From: Mustelus asterias
Taxonomy: Eukaryota
Assembly (NCBI RefSeq): GCF_964213995.1
Contig: NC_135806.1
Span: 59,086,001 to 59,150,000 of the forward strand
DNA length: 64,000 nt
Direction of reading: 5' to 3'
Positions 50,138-62,500 of the stretch are shown one piece after another; position 1 is the first letter of the stretch, and each line of letters begins with the position of its first letter. The notes below the pieces were generated by a model, which saw only the letters and a program-made list of their open reading frames with translations, did no database searches and was not told the origin of the DNA. The position numbers and the translations under genes were made by a program.

Positions 50138-51316
50138 TTTTGGGATTGAAATGCAATCATGTTCTAAAGGTCCTACCTAGCTTGCCATAGTCATGTGACA
50201 TCTGCATGAGGCACAGGCTGGGCACAGCCATACTATATTCAGTTCAAATAAAGACATTGGCTGGGATTTTACCGGTTCGCCCCACCCGCCCCCATCGATG
50301 GGCAGAGCGAGCCAGTAAAATTGTGTGAGAGCTGAGAAATCAGAACCATCCCCGATTTCTCGGCTCTCGCGATCTTACAAGAGCTGTATTTCCAGTGAGG
50401 CCAGCCTCTCGCCCATTTCCAGCAAGAGGCTGAATAAATTATTTAAATATATTCCAATGTTAATTTACATGGCATTAGCAAGCCCAGCGCTTAATCATCC
50501 GGGCTCGCTTGCCTTTATGATCTCACTGGGAGAGGTTCTCTCCGGCAAGAAAAACGCCTGCTCCCCATGAACGGGAACAGTCGTGACGGCCTTGCTGCTG
50601 GAACCGGAGGCTATCAAGACCCCCCAGGGAGGTCGAGGGTGAGAGAGGGTGCCCCTTGTGCAGTGCCAGGGGGAAGGTCTATGGGGTGAAGCTTATGGGG
50701 TGGAGTTTATAGGGGCGGTGCCTACAGGGGCAAGGCTTGAAGGGGCAGCCCGATCGGGGAGGGAGGGGGGCCCGCTGCCACTCTGCAGGCAATCAGTTTG
50801 GGGGGAGGGAGCCACTGCCACTGCAGGCAATTGGTGGCAGCGGGGATTCACTATGTATCGCAATCATTGGAGACGCAATTGGCCTGGCCAGCGGGGGGAC
50901 TACGGGGGCTGCATTTTGAGCAGTGTGGGGCTCATGATCAACTGTAGGCTCCTGCAATTGCAGGGGGCGCTATTTGTTGAGGCTGCCTGCAGCAGAAGAG
51001 GCCTGACAGCTCTCTGTCTGTCAGACCTCTGATAATAGCTGCTGCTATTGCGCATGTGCAGACATAGAGGTCTGCGCATGCACAATAGCTGCCTCTGCAG
51101 CCTGGCTGGTGAATTAAGTCCCACCCACTGTCTGTAGCAGCTAGAAACTGTCTAGACCATTTTTCCATGCACTATGTGCACCAGATTGGGCGCACAAACC
51201 TGCCCAAAAAACAGATCCGCAACTCTCCCATTTTTACACTAGCTGGACACCTAGAATCATTCTCATAAAATTCTGCCCATTGAATTAGAAGCACTATACT
51301 CTTTGAGCTCAAAAGA
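50138..51316 (+). repeat. 3' LTR in two pieces (50138-50258 and 51279-51316)
   Basis: First piece matches the 5' LTR up to AAGACATT. Second piece TAGAAGC..TCTTTGAGCTCAAAAGA matches the 5' LTR end TAGAAGCTCTTTCAGCTCATAACA. Confidence 0.8.
50259..51278. mobile_element. About 1-kb GC-rich non-autonomous TIR element splitting the 3' LTR
   Basis: Ends GGCTGGGATTTTA...TAAAATTCTGCCC. (C)ATT is duplicated on both sides. Confidence 0.8.
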
Positions 51317-51939
51317 ACTGCCAAGGATTTATGGACAGAAGCATGTGGCATATTATTTTTATACATCAATGGATGTAGATGATGCAGTGCTACTAGAAGT
51401 GTAACATACCCCAGTATTTTGCTGGACATATCTCAATACTGCCATCAGGATTGCTATTCTAGTTTCTCAAGGTAGTTTCCATTTGAATTAATCACATAAT
51501 TATAGAGTTTCACAACAAAGGAGGAGGCTGTCCACTCTTATACCTGTGTCAGCTCCCTAAAGAAGTATCCATTTAATCCAATTGCTATGTCGTTTCCCCA
51601 TACTCTTTTAATTTGGTGCCAAAGTAAGGTATATTCAGTGGCAGGGCAGACAGCCTATCACATGGGGTGTGACTTGCGTGGTATCTCTCCTTAAATCCTC
51701 CTCTTCATCCCAAGAAAAGGTTAAATCATTGTCACTGGGAAATCCATCGATGTTAATAACAATGTTGTGATGGAAAAAAAAATAAGTTTAAACAACTGAC
51801 ACAAAGACTTATGACAGCATTCATTCCTAACCACCTAATTTCCATTCTCAATTCCTGTGCAGCTCCCATATTAATCACAGGCTGGCCATGTTCATTGATC
51901 CAAGGCTAGAATCACAGGAACGAATTTGGGGGAGAGGAT

Positions 51940-52330
51940 TGTAGAATTGGAGAAGGTTGTGGGGATAGAGAGGGGCAATGCAAGAGATTCAAATGCAAAG
52001 ATATGAATTTCAAATTTTAATCCACTATGGGATTGGGATCCAAAGACTTCCTGCACCCATCTCTATAAAACAACCTCCCTCCACTCCAACTGCAGCCCAC
52101 CAGCCACCGAAACCATCATACATGCTTGAGGCACTTCCAGGCTTGATTACTCCAATAGAATATTGACTATTCTCCTCTCCTCTATCCATCATAACCCAGG
52201 TTAATACAGCATTCTGCTCTGCATATTTCATCCCTCACCAAGTCGCACTTGCTCATCATCCTCTTCCTTCTCGGACTACTTTGTCTCCCAATCCCCTAAT
52301 ACTACAAAAAAGGCCATTTACATTTTAATC
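51940..52330. mobile_element. L2-like fragments
   Basis: LITPIEY*(Y)SPLL decayed ISRLDYCNSLL-like motif on the plus strand, preceded by an antisense L2 3'-like piece. Confidence 0.4.
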
Positions 52331-52814
52331 TTCTGATGAGACAAACAGGATACTTCCATCCTTGGGCAGTTTCATGCATATTTGAGGACAAAGAAGAAAG
52401 TCACCTGACTCCCTTGACTCCAACTTGTTACAACGTAGATTGCCCATTTTCCTTTTTAAGTGTTCATTTTTCATACATCTATGGGTACACCTGAGTGAGC
52501 ATGACACTTTACAGTTGCATCTCTCTAACGCATGTTTCTCTATTTCTCCCTGCATCTTACTAATCAAAGTCTCTCTTTCTTCCCCTGTATTTCCCTCCCA
52601 CCCTCTTTGTATCTCTCCCGTTATCGTTCTCTATCTCTCTCTTTCTCTCTCTCCCTTCCTGTGTGTCTCTTTTAAGTGGCCCCACTTAAAGTCATAACTC
52701 ATTAATGTTGTTTATCCTTTAGGGCCTTTTTCTGAAATTTACATCACCATTTTTGATTTCATATTGTCTGCACTCTTGCCTTGCCCTCTGTGTTAAACTT
52801 TGGGCCAGCCACTG

Positions 52815-54020
52815 CCATGTTCATGATCATGATTGAGCCGATAGTAATCTCAAATCTGCATCCCACCTACCCCAAATAACCTATCACCCGCTTGCTTCCC
52901 AAGAATCTATCCACTTCTGCCTTAAAAACATTCAAAGACTCTACTTCCACCACTTTCACTGGAAGAGAGTTCCAAAGACTCACAATTTTCAGAGAAAACA
53001 TTTATCTCCATTTTCAATGAGTTTTTGATTCTCCCACAAGAGGAAACATTCTCTCCCCATCCACCCTGTCCGGAACCTCAGGATCTAATGGGTTTCAAAC
53101 AAGTTGCTCTTTTATTCTTCAAAACTCCAGCTGATACAAGTCCAGCCTGTCCAATCTTTTCAGGTTGCGAAAACAGTAACACATGACCCCAGCCAGCACA
53201 TAAATTGACGCATAGGACTAGTTCTGAGAGAAGAGTTTGAGGTGCATTTTTTTAAAAATGTGAACAAGAACCTGGATTTGAGAGTGGTGATAAGGAAAAT
53301 AAGGTTACTGTTGCTGATTTAGTTAATTATGAAAACTGATTGACCAGAACTGGCCATGCAGTGCATTGGGCTGTTTCCATAGGTTCAAATAAAGGTGTTT
53401 TTGGTAGATCCACGTAACCAAGACTATAGTGACCTAATCTGAGGAGGCTCTGCAGAATTGCACTATATCATGCCCATAAAAGCTGGGTTGGTTGGGAGCT
53501 GCTGGCGGATGAGAATTAGTGGCAAAATTCTTGAAGAAGCTAGAATTCGACATGAGGAAGTTCAGATCTTTAAAGGACTTTGTGGCTGACATTAGTACCA
53601 TCTATGCTAAGTGCACTGCCCAGTAAATTTAGTCACTTCATCCAGGTCATTGATATAGATTGTAAATAGTTGAGACCCCAGCACTGATCCCTGTGGCACT
53701 CCATTGGTAACTGCTTGCCAACCTGAAAATTATCCATTTATCTCTGCTCTCTGCTTCCTATTGGCTAACCAATCCTCTATCCATGTTAACATGTTCCCCA
53801 TTGCACCATGCAGTAACCTTTAATGTGGCCTCTGGTAAATCCAAGTACATCAAATTTACATGCTCTGCTTTATTCACCTTCTTGTTACTTCCTCAAAGAA
53901 GTCTAATAAATTAGTTAAACATCACTTCCCTTTCACAAAAAAAACATGTTGACTCTGCTGGATTCTATTAAGACTTTCTAAATGTCCTGCTAATACCTCC
54001 TTAATAATGGATTCCTGCTT
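52815..54020 (-). mobile_element. Degenerate CR1 fragments (52815-53165 and 53610-54020)
   Basis: GGAAGAGAGTTCCAAAGACTC; CCCCAGCACTGATCCCTGTGGCACTCC is the antisense of GVPQGSVLG. Confidence 0.8.
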
Positions 54021-54099
54021 TCTGTCTCCCTGCATTGTTGAGTAGGCATGTTACATTAGTAACTTTTCAATCCACTGAGACCTATCCAGAATCTAGAAT

Positions 54100-54355
54100 T
54101 AGAATTTTAATGTTGAGAAATTGCTTCACTCAAAGCTTTGCAAATTTTTGGAACTCTCTATCCCGGAGGGTTGTGGATGCTTCATCGTTGAATACATTTA
54201 GTATTGATAGACAGATTTTTGATCTCTGAGGGAATCAATGGGTTTGGAGAGCGAGAAATTTAGTGGAGTTGAAACCCAAGGAAAGCAATGATTGTATTGA
54301 ATGGCAGCACAGCCATAATGGGCCATACGGTCTACTCCTGCTATTTCCTGTGTTC
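54100..54355 (+). mobile_element. CR1 3' fragment
   Basis: RNCFTQSFANFWNSLSRRVVDA plus 3' UTR. Confidence 0.8.
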
Positions 54356-54429
54356 TTCCCCTACATTTCTTTCTATCTGTGTCTCTCTTCTGCATCTCTC
54401 TCTCCAGGTACCACACTGGTTACACCCCT

Positions 54430-56320
54430 CTATCTATCCCCTGCATCACTCTCATACATGCATATTCTGAGCCAATCTCTCTCCCGTATCTCTCTCTCCC
54501 CCATATCTCTCTCTCCCCCGTATCTCTCTCGCCCACTTATAACTCCCTCTCCCTCATCCTCACTCTCTACCTCCCATCCTGTATCTCCCTCTTTTTCTCA
54601 TCCTGAATCTCTCTCCGTCTCATCCTGTATCTCCCTCCAATCCTGTATCTCACTCTCATTCATATATCTCGCTTCTCCTCATCTTCTATCACTTTCCCAC
54701 TCATCCAGTATCCTTCTCCCTCATCCCTTACCTCTCTCCCCTGCATCCTGTATCTCCCTCTCATCGTGTATCTCTCTCTCTTATCCCATATCGCTTTCTC
54801 TCTCTCATCCTGTATCTCTCTCTCATTCCATATCTCTTTCTCCCTCTCATCCTGTATCTCTCTCCCTCTCATCCTATATCTCTCTCCCTCTCATCCTATA
54901 TCTCTCTTTCCTCCATTTTATATCATTCTCTCTCCCTCTCATCCCGTTTCTCTCTCCCTCTCCCTTCTTCTCATCCTGCATCTCTCTCTCCCCCCCTCAT
55001 CCTGTATCACTCTCTCATCCTGTATCTTTCCCTCTCTCTCTCATCCTGTATCTCTCCCTCTCATCCTGTATCTTTCCCTCTCTCTCTCATCCTGTATCTC
55101 TCCCTCTCATCCTGTATCTCTCATTCCCCCATCCTGTATTCTCTCCCTCTCATTCCGTAACTATCTGCCTCTCATCCTGTGTTCCTCTCTCTCATCTTGT
55201 ATCTCTCTCTCATCCTGTATAGCTCTCACCCTGTATCTCCTCTCACCCTTACCTCTCTCTTCTCTCATCCTGTATCTCTCTCTCTCTCATCCCGTATCTC
55301 TCTCTCTCTCATCCCGTATCTCTCTCTCTCTCATCCCGTATCTCTCTCTCTCTCATCCCGTATCTCTCTCTCTCTCATCCCGTATCTCTCTCTCTCTCAT
55401 CCCGTATCTCTCTCTCTCTCATCCCGTATCTCTCTCTCTCTCATCCCGTATCTCTCTCTCATCCCGTATCTCTCTCTCTCTCATCCCGTATCTCTCTCTC
55501 TCTCATCCCGTATCTCTCTCTCTCATCCCGTATCTCTCTCTCTCATCCTGTATCTCTCTCTCTCTCTCTCATCCTGTATCTCTCTCTCTCTCTCTCTCAT
55601 CCTGTATCTCTCTCTCTCTCTCATCCTGTATCTCTCTCTCTCTCTCTCATCCTGTATCTCTCTCTCTCATCCTGTATCTCTCTCTCTCTCTCTCTCATCC
55701 TGTATCTCTCTCTCATCCTGTATCTCTCTCTCTCATCCTGTATCTCTCTCTCTCTCTCATCCTGTATCTCTCTCTCTCTCTCTCATCCTGTATCTCTCTC
55801 TCTCTCTCTCTCATCCTGTATCTTTCTCTCTCTCTCATCCTGTATCTCTCTCTCCCAGACATCCTGTATCTCTCGCTCTCTCTCTCATCCTGTATCTCTC
55901 TCCCAGACATCCTGTATCTCTCTCTCTCTCATCCTGTATCTCTCTCTCTCTCTCAGACATCCTGTATCTCTCTCTCTCAGACATCCTGTATCTCTCTCTC
56001 TCTCTCATCCTGTATCTCTCTCTCTCATCCTGAAGCTCTCTCTCTCTCTCATCCTGTACCTATCTCTCTCTCTCTCATCCTGTACCTCTCTCTCTCTCTC
56101 TCATCCTGTACCTCTCTCTCTCTCTCTCATCCTGTACCTCTCTCTCTCATCCTGTATCTCTCTCTCTCATCCTGTATCTCTCTCTCTCATCCTGTATCTC
56201 TCTCTCTCATCCTGTATCTCTCTCTCTCATCCTGTATCTCTCTCTCTCATCCTGTATCTCTCTCCCAGACATCCTGTATCTCTCTCTCTCTCATTCTGTA
56301 TCTCTCTCTCTCTCTCATCC
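54430..56320 (+). repeat. Compound micro/minisatellite (TC)n-ATCCTGTA
   Basis: Dozens of TCTCTC..TCATCCTGTA units with variable TC number and variant blocks (ATCCCGTA, CAGACATCC, CTGTACC). Confidence 0.98.
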
Positions 56321-56520
56321 NNNNNNNNNNNNNNNNNNNNNNNNNNNNNNNNNNNNNNNNNNNNNNNNNNNNNNNNNNNNNNNNNNNNNNNNNNNNNNNN
56401 NNNNNNNNNNNNNNNNNNNNNNNNNNNNNNNNNNNNNNNNNNNNNNNNNNNNNNNNNNNNNNNNNNNNNNNNNNNNNNNNNNNNNNNNNNNNNNNNNNNN
56501 NNNNNNNNNNNNNNNNNNNN
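56321..56520. other. Assembly gap (200 N)
   Basis: Run of exactly 200 N. Confidence 1.
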
Positions 56521-59500
56521 GATGCTATGGGGCCCGGAGAATTCAGTCCCAGGCCCGATAGTGACATTCAAATAACATTAAAAGTAGATTATAACTACTT
56601 ACATGGTCTTCCGGCCAGTTTCCTGTGTGGTCCCGACCGTGCTGGATTTCTGGTGGTGGGAGACGCGCATGCATCGGGAACACATGGGCGAATCCCGTGA
56701 ATCAGTGCACGCGCACATCTCCCGACTTGACCTACCAAAAGATTAGCGGGTTGGAATGGGAGAATCACCCTCAATGTGTCAATCTGTGTACTGCATGTGC
56801 ACCTGCAATGTTTTTTTTAAAACTCAAAATTACCTTTTAAACAGACCATGCAATTTTACAACTCTTAGCATTTTACAATTTTTTATAATTTTACAAACAC
56901 CAACTTCACAACAGTCAGGTAGATCACATGTGTGGCAGAACAAACCAGGCTTTGTATTATACTGATAGGTATTCCACATCAAAAGAGCAGAACAATCTGG
57001 AAAAAGGGCAGGATGCAAATACTGCGGAGGACATCACACAAATGAGAAGAAGACTTGTCCAGGGTGGAAAAGCAGTGTTCAAAATGCAAGAAGCTGAATC
57101 ATTTCACGTACAAGTGTTTGGCTACAAAGGAGCAAGACAAGCTTATACAGCTGGCCACTGGAGATATATCAGCCAATAAGTCTCATGGATCACTACACAC
57201 CATACAACAGGTTGGCTCTGTCAGTTCTATAGGTGATGAATGGTTTGTGACATAGAAACATAGAAACCCGACAGTACAGAAAGAGGCCATTCGGCCCATC
57301 GAGTCTGCACTGACCACAATCCCACCCAGGCCCTACCTCCATATCCCTACATATTTTACCCATTAATCCCTCTAATCTACGCATCCCAGGACACTAAGGG
57401 GCAATTTTGGCATGGCCAATCAACCTAACCCGCACATCTTTGGACTGTGGGAGGAAACCGGAGCACCCGGAGGAAACCCACGCAGACACGAGGAGAATGT
57501 GCAAACTCCACACAGACAGTGACCCAAGCCGGGAATCGAACCCAGGTCCCTGGAGCTGTGAAGCAGCAGTGCTAACCACTGTGCTACCATGCCGCCCCAA
57601 CTGTTAGAATAATGACCACAGAAGGAGAACATCAAGTAAACATGAAGTGTTAGATAGACACTAGTGCGTTATGCAACATCATGACCTTCTAGATCTGCGC
57701 AAAGTGGCTCAACATGGTGATTCAAAAATGAAACCCTCAAAAATGAATTGAGGCTATATGATAGTACAATATGCATACTGAGAGAACAGATTAGTCTGAG
57801 AGCCCAATTGAATGGCAAAAATGAAGATCTGGAGTTGCAAAAGCCACTCATCTCAGCTGGAGCAAGTCTAAAACTTAGACAGGTAACCCTAAACGTGCCA
57901 GAGATTTACAATATGTCACAGCACACTAAACCATTGACCACTGAACAGATCCCAGAAGAGAACAAAAATGTGTTTACAGGGTTTGAATATTTTCCTGGTA
58001 AATATCATCTCAAAGTACTTGAGAGTGTAAGAGCAATTCAATCTGCCGAGGAGGTCCAGCTGCCCTCAAGTCAATCCTAAAAGAGAAGAAGAGCTGGAAA
58101 AGAAGGGAGTAATTAAGAAATTGACAACACCTTGAGACTGGATTAAGAGCATGGTAGCAATGAAACAATCGGGAAAGCTGAGAGGATGCATACACCCAAA
58201 GGATCTAAACAAAGTGCTGAAGAGATCTCACTCCCCCATGTCAACCAATGAAGGAATTTTGCCACAACTTGCCAATGCAAAGATCTTTACTAGCCCAGAT
58301 GCGAAGCATGGTTTTTGGCAAGTGAGGCTGGATGAAAGTTTCTAATGACATTCGGGGGATACAGGTGGTTGCACATGTCATTTGATATTGCTATGGCTCC
58401 AGAAAAGTCTCATCACAGACAGCTTGAAATAGTTAGTGATATTCTCAAAGAGAAACCATAGTGGCTGATCTGTTGGTCTATGGATGTGGAAACACAATAG
58501 AAGAAGCCATTGCTGATCACAATCAGAATCTAGTGCAACTGCTGGAGAGAGATGACTAGATGAACATGAAGCTGAACAAAAAAAAAATTGTATTTGTAGA
58601 TGCCTCATGTCCAGTACACAGGTCATATACTGACAGCAAAAGCTCTTTGCCTAGATTCTGAAAAGGTAAGAGCTGTAGCAGTGATGCAGAGACCAATAGA
58701 CGTAAAAGCAGTGCAATGATTTGTTGGAATCATGAGTTACGTTGTTTTCCTCATTTGTTGTTGGAGTGTGCACCATTATGCCTGGTGATTATTTTTGCTA
58801 TTGAGCATTTTCATCAATACCTGCTTGGGAGAGACAAAGTGACCACAAGCCACTTCAAAGCACTTTCCTCAAATTGCTGCTATCTGCCCCAAAGTGTCTA
58901 TAAAGAATGTTACTTTGCTTACGGAGATATCATCTGGACATTACGTGCAAGCAAGGGAAACAGCTGTATGTCACTGCCATACTGTCAAGAGCAGCATTCC
59001 CTATGAAGGAAGTTGAGAATACTACATCAGAATGTGAAATCTTCCAGATTCAACGTAAAGCTATTGCTCAACATGTTCTGGAAGTCATTAACCTACAGAA
59101 ACATTGAATCTGACAGACAAGTATCTTGCTCATATCAAGTGAACTACTTAACAAGATGCAACTCTCCAAGTGCTGTAAGAAGTAGTGATAAAAGGATGGC
59201 CTGAGAGCATCAAGGACACACCTGTGATCACAAGAACATTTGGGACATACGGAGGTGAATTAACAGCTCAATATTACATCTTGTATAAAGGAAATAGAAT
59301 CATGAAGGGTGGCAGGGTGACACAGTGCCAGGAATCTGGATTCGATTTCAGGCTTGGGTGACTATCTGTGTGGAGTTTGCATGTTCTTCCCATGCCTGTG
59401 TGGATTTTCTCTGGGTGCTCTGCTTTCCTCCCACAGTCCAAAGATGTGTTGCTTAGGTGGATTGGCCATACTAAATTGCCCCTTAGTTTCCCAAGATGTG

Positions 59501-62500
59501 TAGGTTAGGGGTATTAGCGGCGTAAACGTTTGGGGTTACAGGGATAGGGTTACAGGGATAGGGCATGGGTGGGCCTGGGCAAGATGCTCTGTTGGAGAGT
59601 TGGTGCAGACTTGATGGGCTGAATGGCCTCCTTCAGCACTGTAGGGATCCTATGATTATCCCTAAGCAGATGAGAAGAGATATGCTGAAGTGCATCCATG
59701 CAAGCCATCAAAGAACTGAGTCAATTCTGAGGAAGGCAAGAGAAGTGCTCTACTGGCCAAACATGAGCAATGAAATTGAAGACCACATCAGCCAGTTTGG
59801 TGCTTACAATGAGTACCAAGCCGCTGTGTGACATATGACATCCCAGATGGTCCATGGATGAAGCTGGGAGTAGAAGTCTTCACAATAACTGGAACTGATT
59901 TTCTAATCACTGCATCTACTATTCTGATGACTGGTAGTTAGATCAGCTGACTTAAATGACAACCAGTGAAATTATAGATGCCTAAAAGCACAGTTCTGTC
60001 CTTATGGCATTGCAGACATTGTGATGAATGGCAATGGCTCTCAGTTCATGGGTGAAGAATTCAGCCACTTCAGTAAGTATTGGAAAATTCAACACTATAC
60101 ATCATTCCCACACTATCCTCTGTTAAATGGAAAAGCTGAGGTGGTGGCAGAAATCACCAAAAGAATCATCAAGAAATTGAACAGATCTAGTACTGGTGTA
60201 AATACATAAGGCAATCCTCGTGTGGAGAAACACACCAACTAAAGGCATGGAAAGTAGTCCTGTCCAAGACTAATGCCACACTGCACCCAAACATTCTTCC
60301 AATTGCAAAAATGCCACTGAAGCCAGAAATAGTAAGACATGAATGAAAGAAATCAAGGTGAAATGGTAGAAAGCTAAATTTCATATTGATAAACCATTGC
60401 CAGTGATGAGCATTGGAGAGCCAGTTAAAGTACACACTTCCAATGCTCTCAACACAAATCAGCCTACGTGGAAACTTGGGAAATGCACAGAGCAGCTGCC
60501 ACCTTGATTTTACATGGTGAATGTGTATGATCAAATATACCAGTGCAACTGCAGGCGTTATGAACAACTAGAGAAGCAGTTCCTTCACTGCATGTGGCCG
60601 GAAGATGGGATCTCACCAGTTGCACAGAGCACAGAACAATCATCACTCCCAAAGGTCTACTGGTCCCTGACAATGGAAATGGAACAATGACTGTTACCAA
60701 CAAGTGTCATGGAAGTGACATTCCCCAGAGAGGGAACATCAACCAGATGAACAGCCAATGATAACATGCATGTGTACCATGAAGAGACCTGCATGATTTA
60801 CTGACTATGTACGCAATGCATGTGCACAGACTGATGGAGAATTGTGAACAGTTTGTTAATGCATAAGAGTGAATGTATAGTGGGCAACTTGGGTAACTCT
60901 GTGTTACACATGACTGTGCATGCAAATTTGTTTTTCGTTCATTATGTGAAAGGGGATTTTGGGATTGAAATGCAATCATGTTCTAAAGGTCCTACCTAGC
61001 TTGCCATAGTCATGTGACATCTGCATGAGGCACAGGCTGGGCACAGCCATACTATATTCAGTTCAAATAAAGACATTGGCTGGGATTTTACCGGTTCGCC
61101 CCTCCCGCCCCCATCGATGGGCAGAGCGAGCCAGTAAAATTGTGTGAGAGCTGAGAAATCAGAACCATCCCCGATTTCTCGGCTCTCGCGATCTTACAAG
61201 AGCTGTATTTCCAGTGAGGCCAGCCTCTCGCCCATTTCCAGCAAGAGGCTGAATAAATTATTTAAATATATTCCAATGTTAATTTACATGGCATTAGCAA
61301 GCCCAGCGCTTAATCATCCGGGCTCGCTTGCCTTTATGATCTCACTGGGAGAGGTTCTCTCCGGCAAGAAAAACGCCTGCTCCCCATGAACGGGAACAGT
61401 CGTGACGGCCTTGCTGCTGGAACCGGAGGCTATCAAGACCCCCCAGGGAGGTCGGGGGCAAGAGAGGGTGCCCCTTGTGCAGTGCCAGGGGGAAGGTCTA
61501 TGGGGTGAAGCTTATGGGGTGGAGTTTATAGGGGCGGTGCCTACAGGGGCAAGGCTTGAAGGGGCAGCCCGATCGGGGAGGGAGGGGGGCCCGCTGCCAC
61601 TCTGCAGGCAATCAGTTTGGGGGGAGGGGGCCACTGCCACTGCAGGCAATTGGTGGCAGCGGGGATTCACTATGTATCGCAATCATTGGAGACGCAATTG
61701 GCCTGGCCAGCGGGGGGACTACGGGGGCTGCATTTTGAGCAGTGTGGGGCTCATGATCAACTGTAGGCTCCTGCAATTGCAGGGGGCGCTATTTGTTGAG
61801 GCTGCCTGCAGCAGAAGAGGCCTGACAGCTCTCTGTCTGTCAGACCTCTGATAATAGCTGCTGCTATTGTGCATGTGCAGACATAGAGGTCTACGCATGC
61901 ACAATAGCTGCCTCTGCAGCCTGGCTGGTGAATTAAGTCCCACCCACTGTCTGTAGCAGCTAGAAACTGTCTAGACCATTTTTCCATGCACTATGTGCAC
62001 CAGATTGGGCGCACAAACCTGCCCAAAAAACAGATCCGCAACTCTCCCATTTTTACACTAGCTGGACACCTAGAATCATTCTCATAAAATTCTGCCCATT
62101 GAATTAGAAGCACTATACTCTTTGAGCTCAAAAGAACTGCCAAGGATTTATGGACAGAAGCATGTGGCATATTATTTTTATACATCAATGGATGTAGATG
62201 ATGCAGTGCCACTAGAAGTGTAACATACCCCAGTATTTTGCTGGACATATCTCAATACTGCCATCAGGATTGCTATTCTAGTTTCTCAAGGTAGTTTCCA
62301 TTTGAATTAATCACATAATTATAGAGTTTCACAACAAAGGAGGAGGCTGTCCACTCTTATACCTGTGTCAGCTCCCTAAAGAAGTATCCATTTAATCCAA
62401 TTGCTATGTCGTTTCCCCATACTCTTTTAATTTGGTGCCAAAGTAAGGTATATTCAGTGGCAGGGCAGACAGCCTATCACATGGGGTGTGACTTGCCTGG

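Larger units (their letters stand above)
43229..51316 (+). mobile_element. Decayed Gypsy/Ty3 LTR retrotransposon with nested insertions
   Basis: 5' LTR 43229-43380, PBS, gag, CCHC knuckle, protease IDTSA, RT, integrase, polypurine tract AAAGGGGA at about 50130, split 3' LTR. Order is PR-RT-IN. Confidence 0.92.

Noticed and set aside
54430-56320. CRISPR-like repeat/spacer appearance
   Set aside because: The 'spacers' are only variable (TC)n, the context is vertebrate, and there are no cas genes.
54263-56700. Long ORFs of 319, 644 and 284 aa (Ser/Leu-rich) and antisense Arg/Glu-rich ORFs
   Set aside because: Translation of the TC satellite, which lacks stops; one runs through the N gap.
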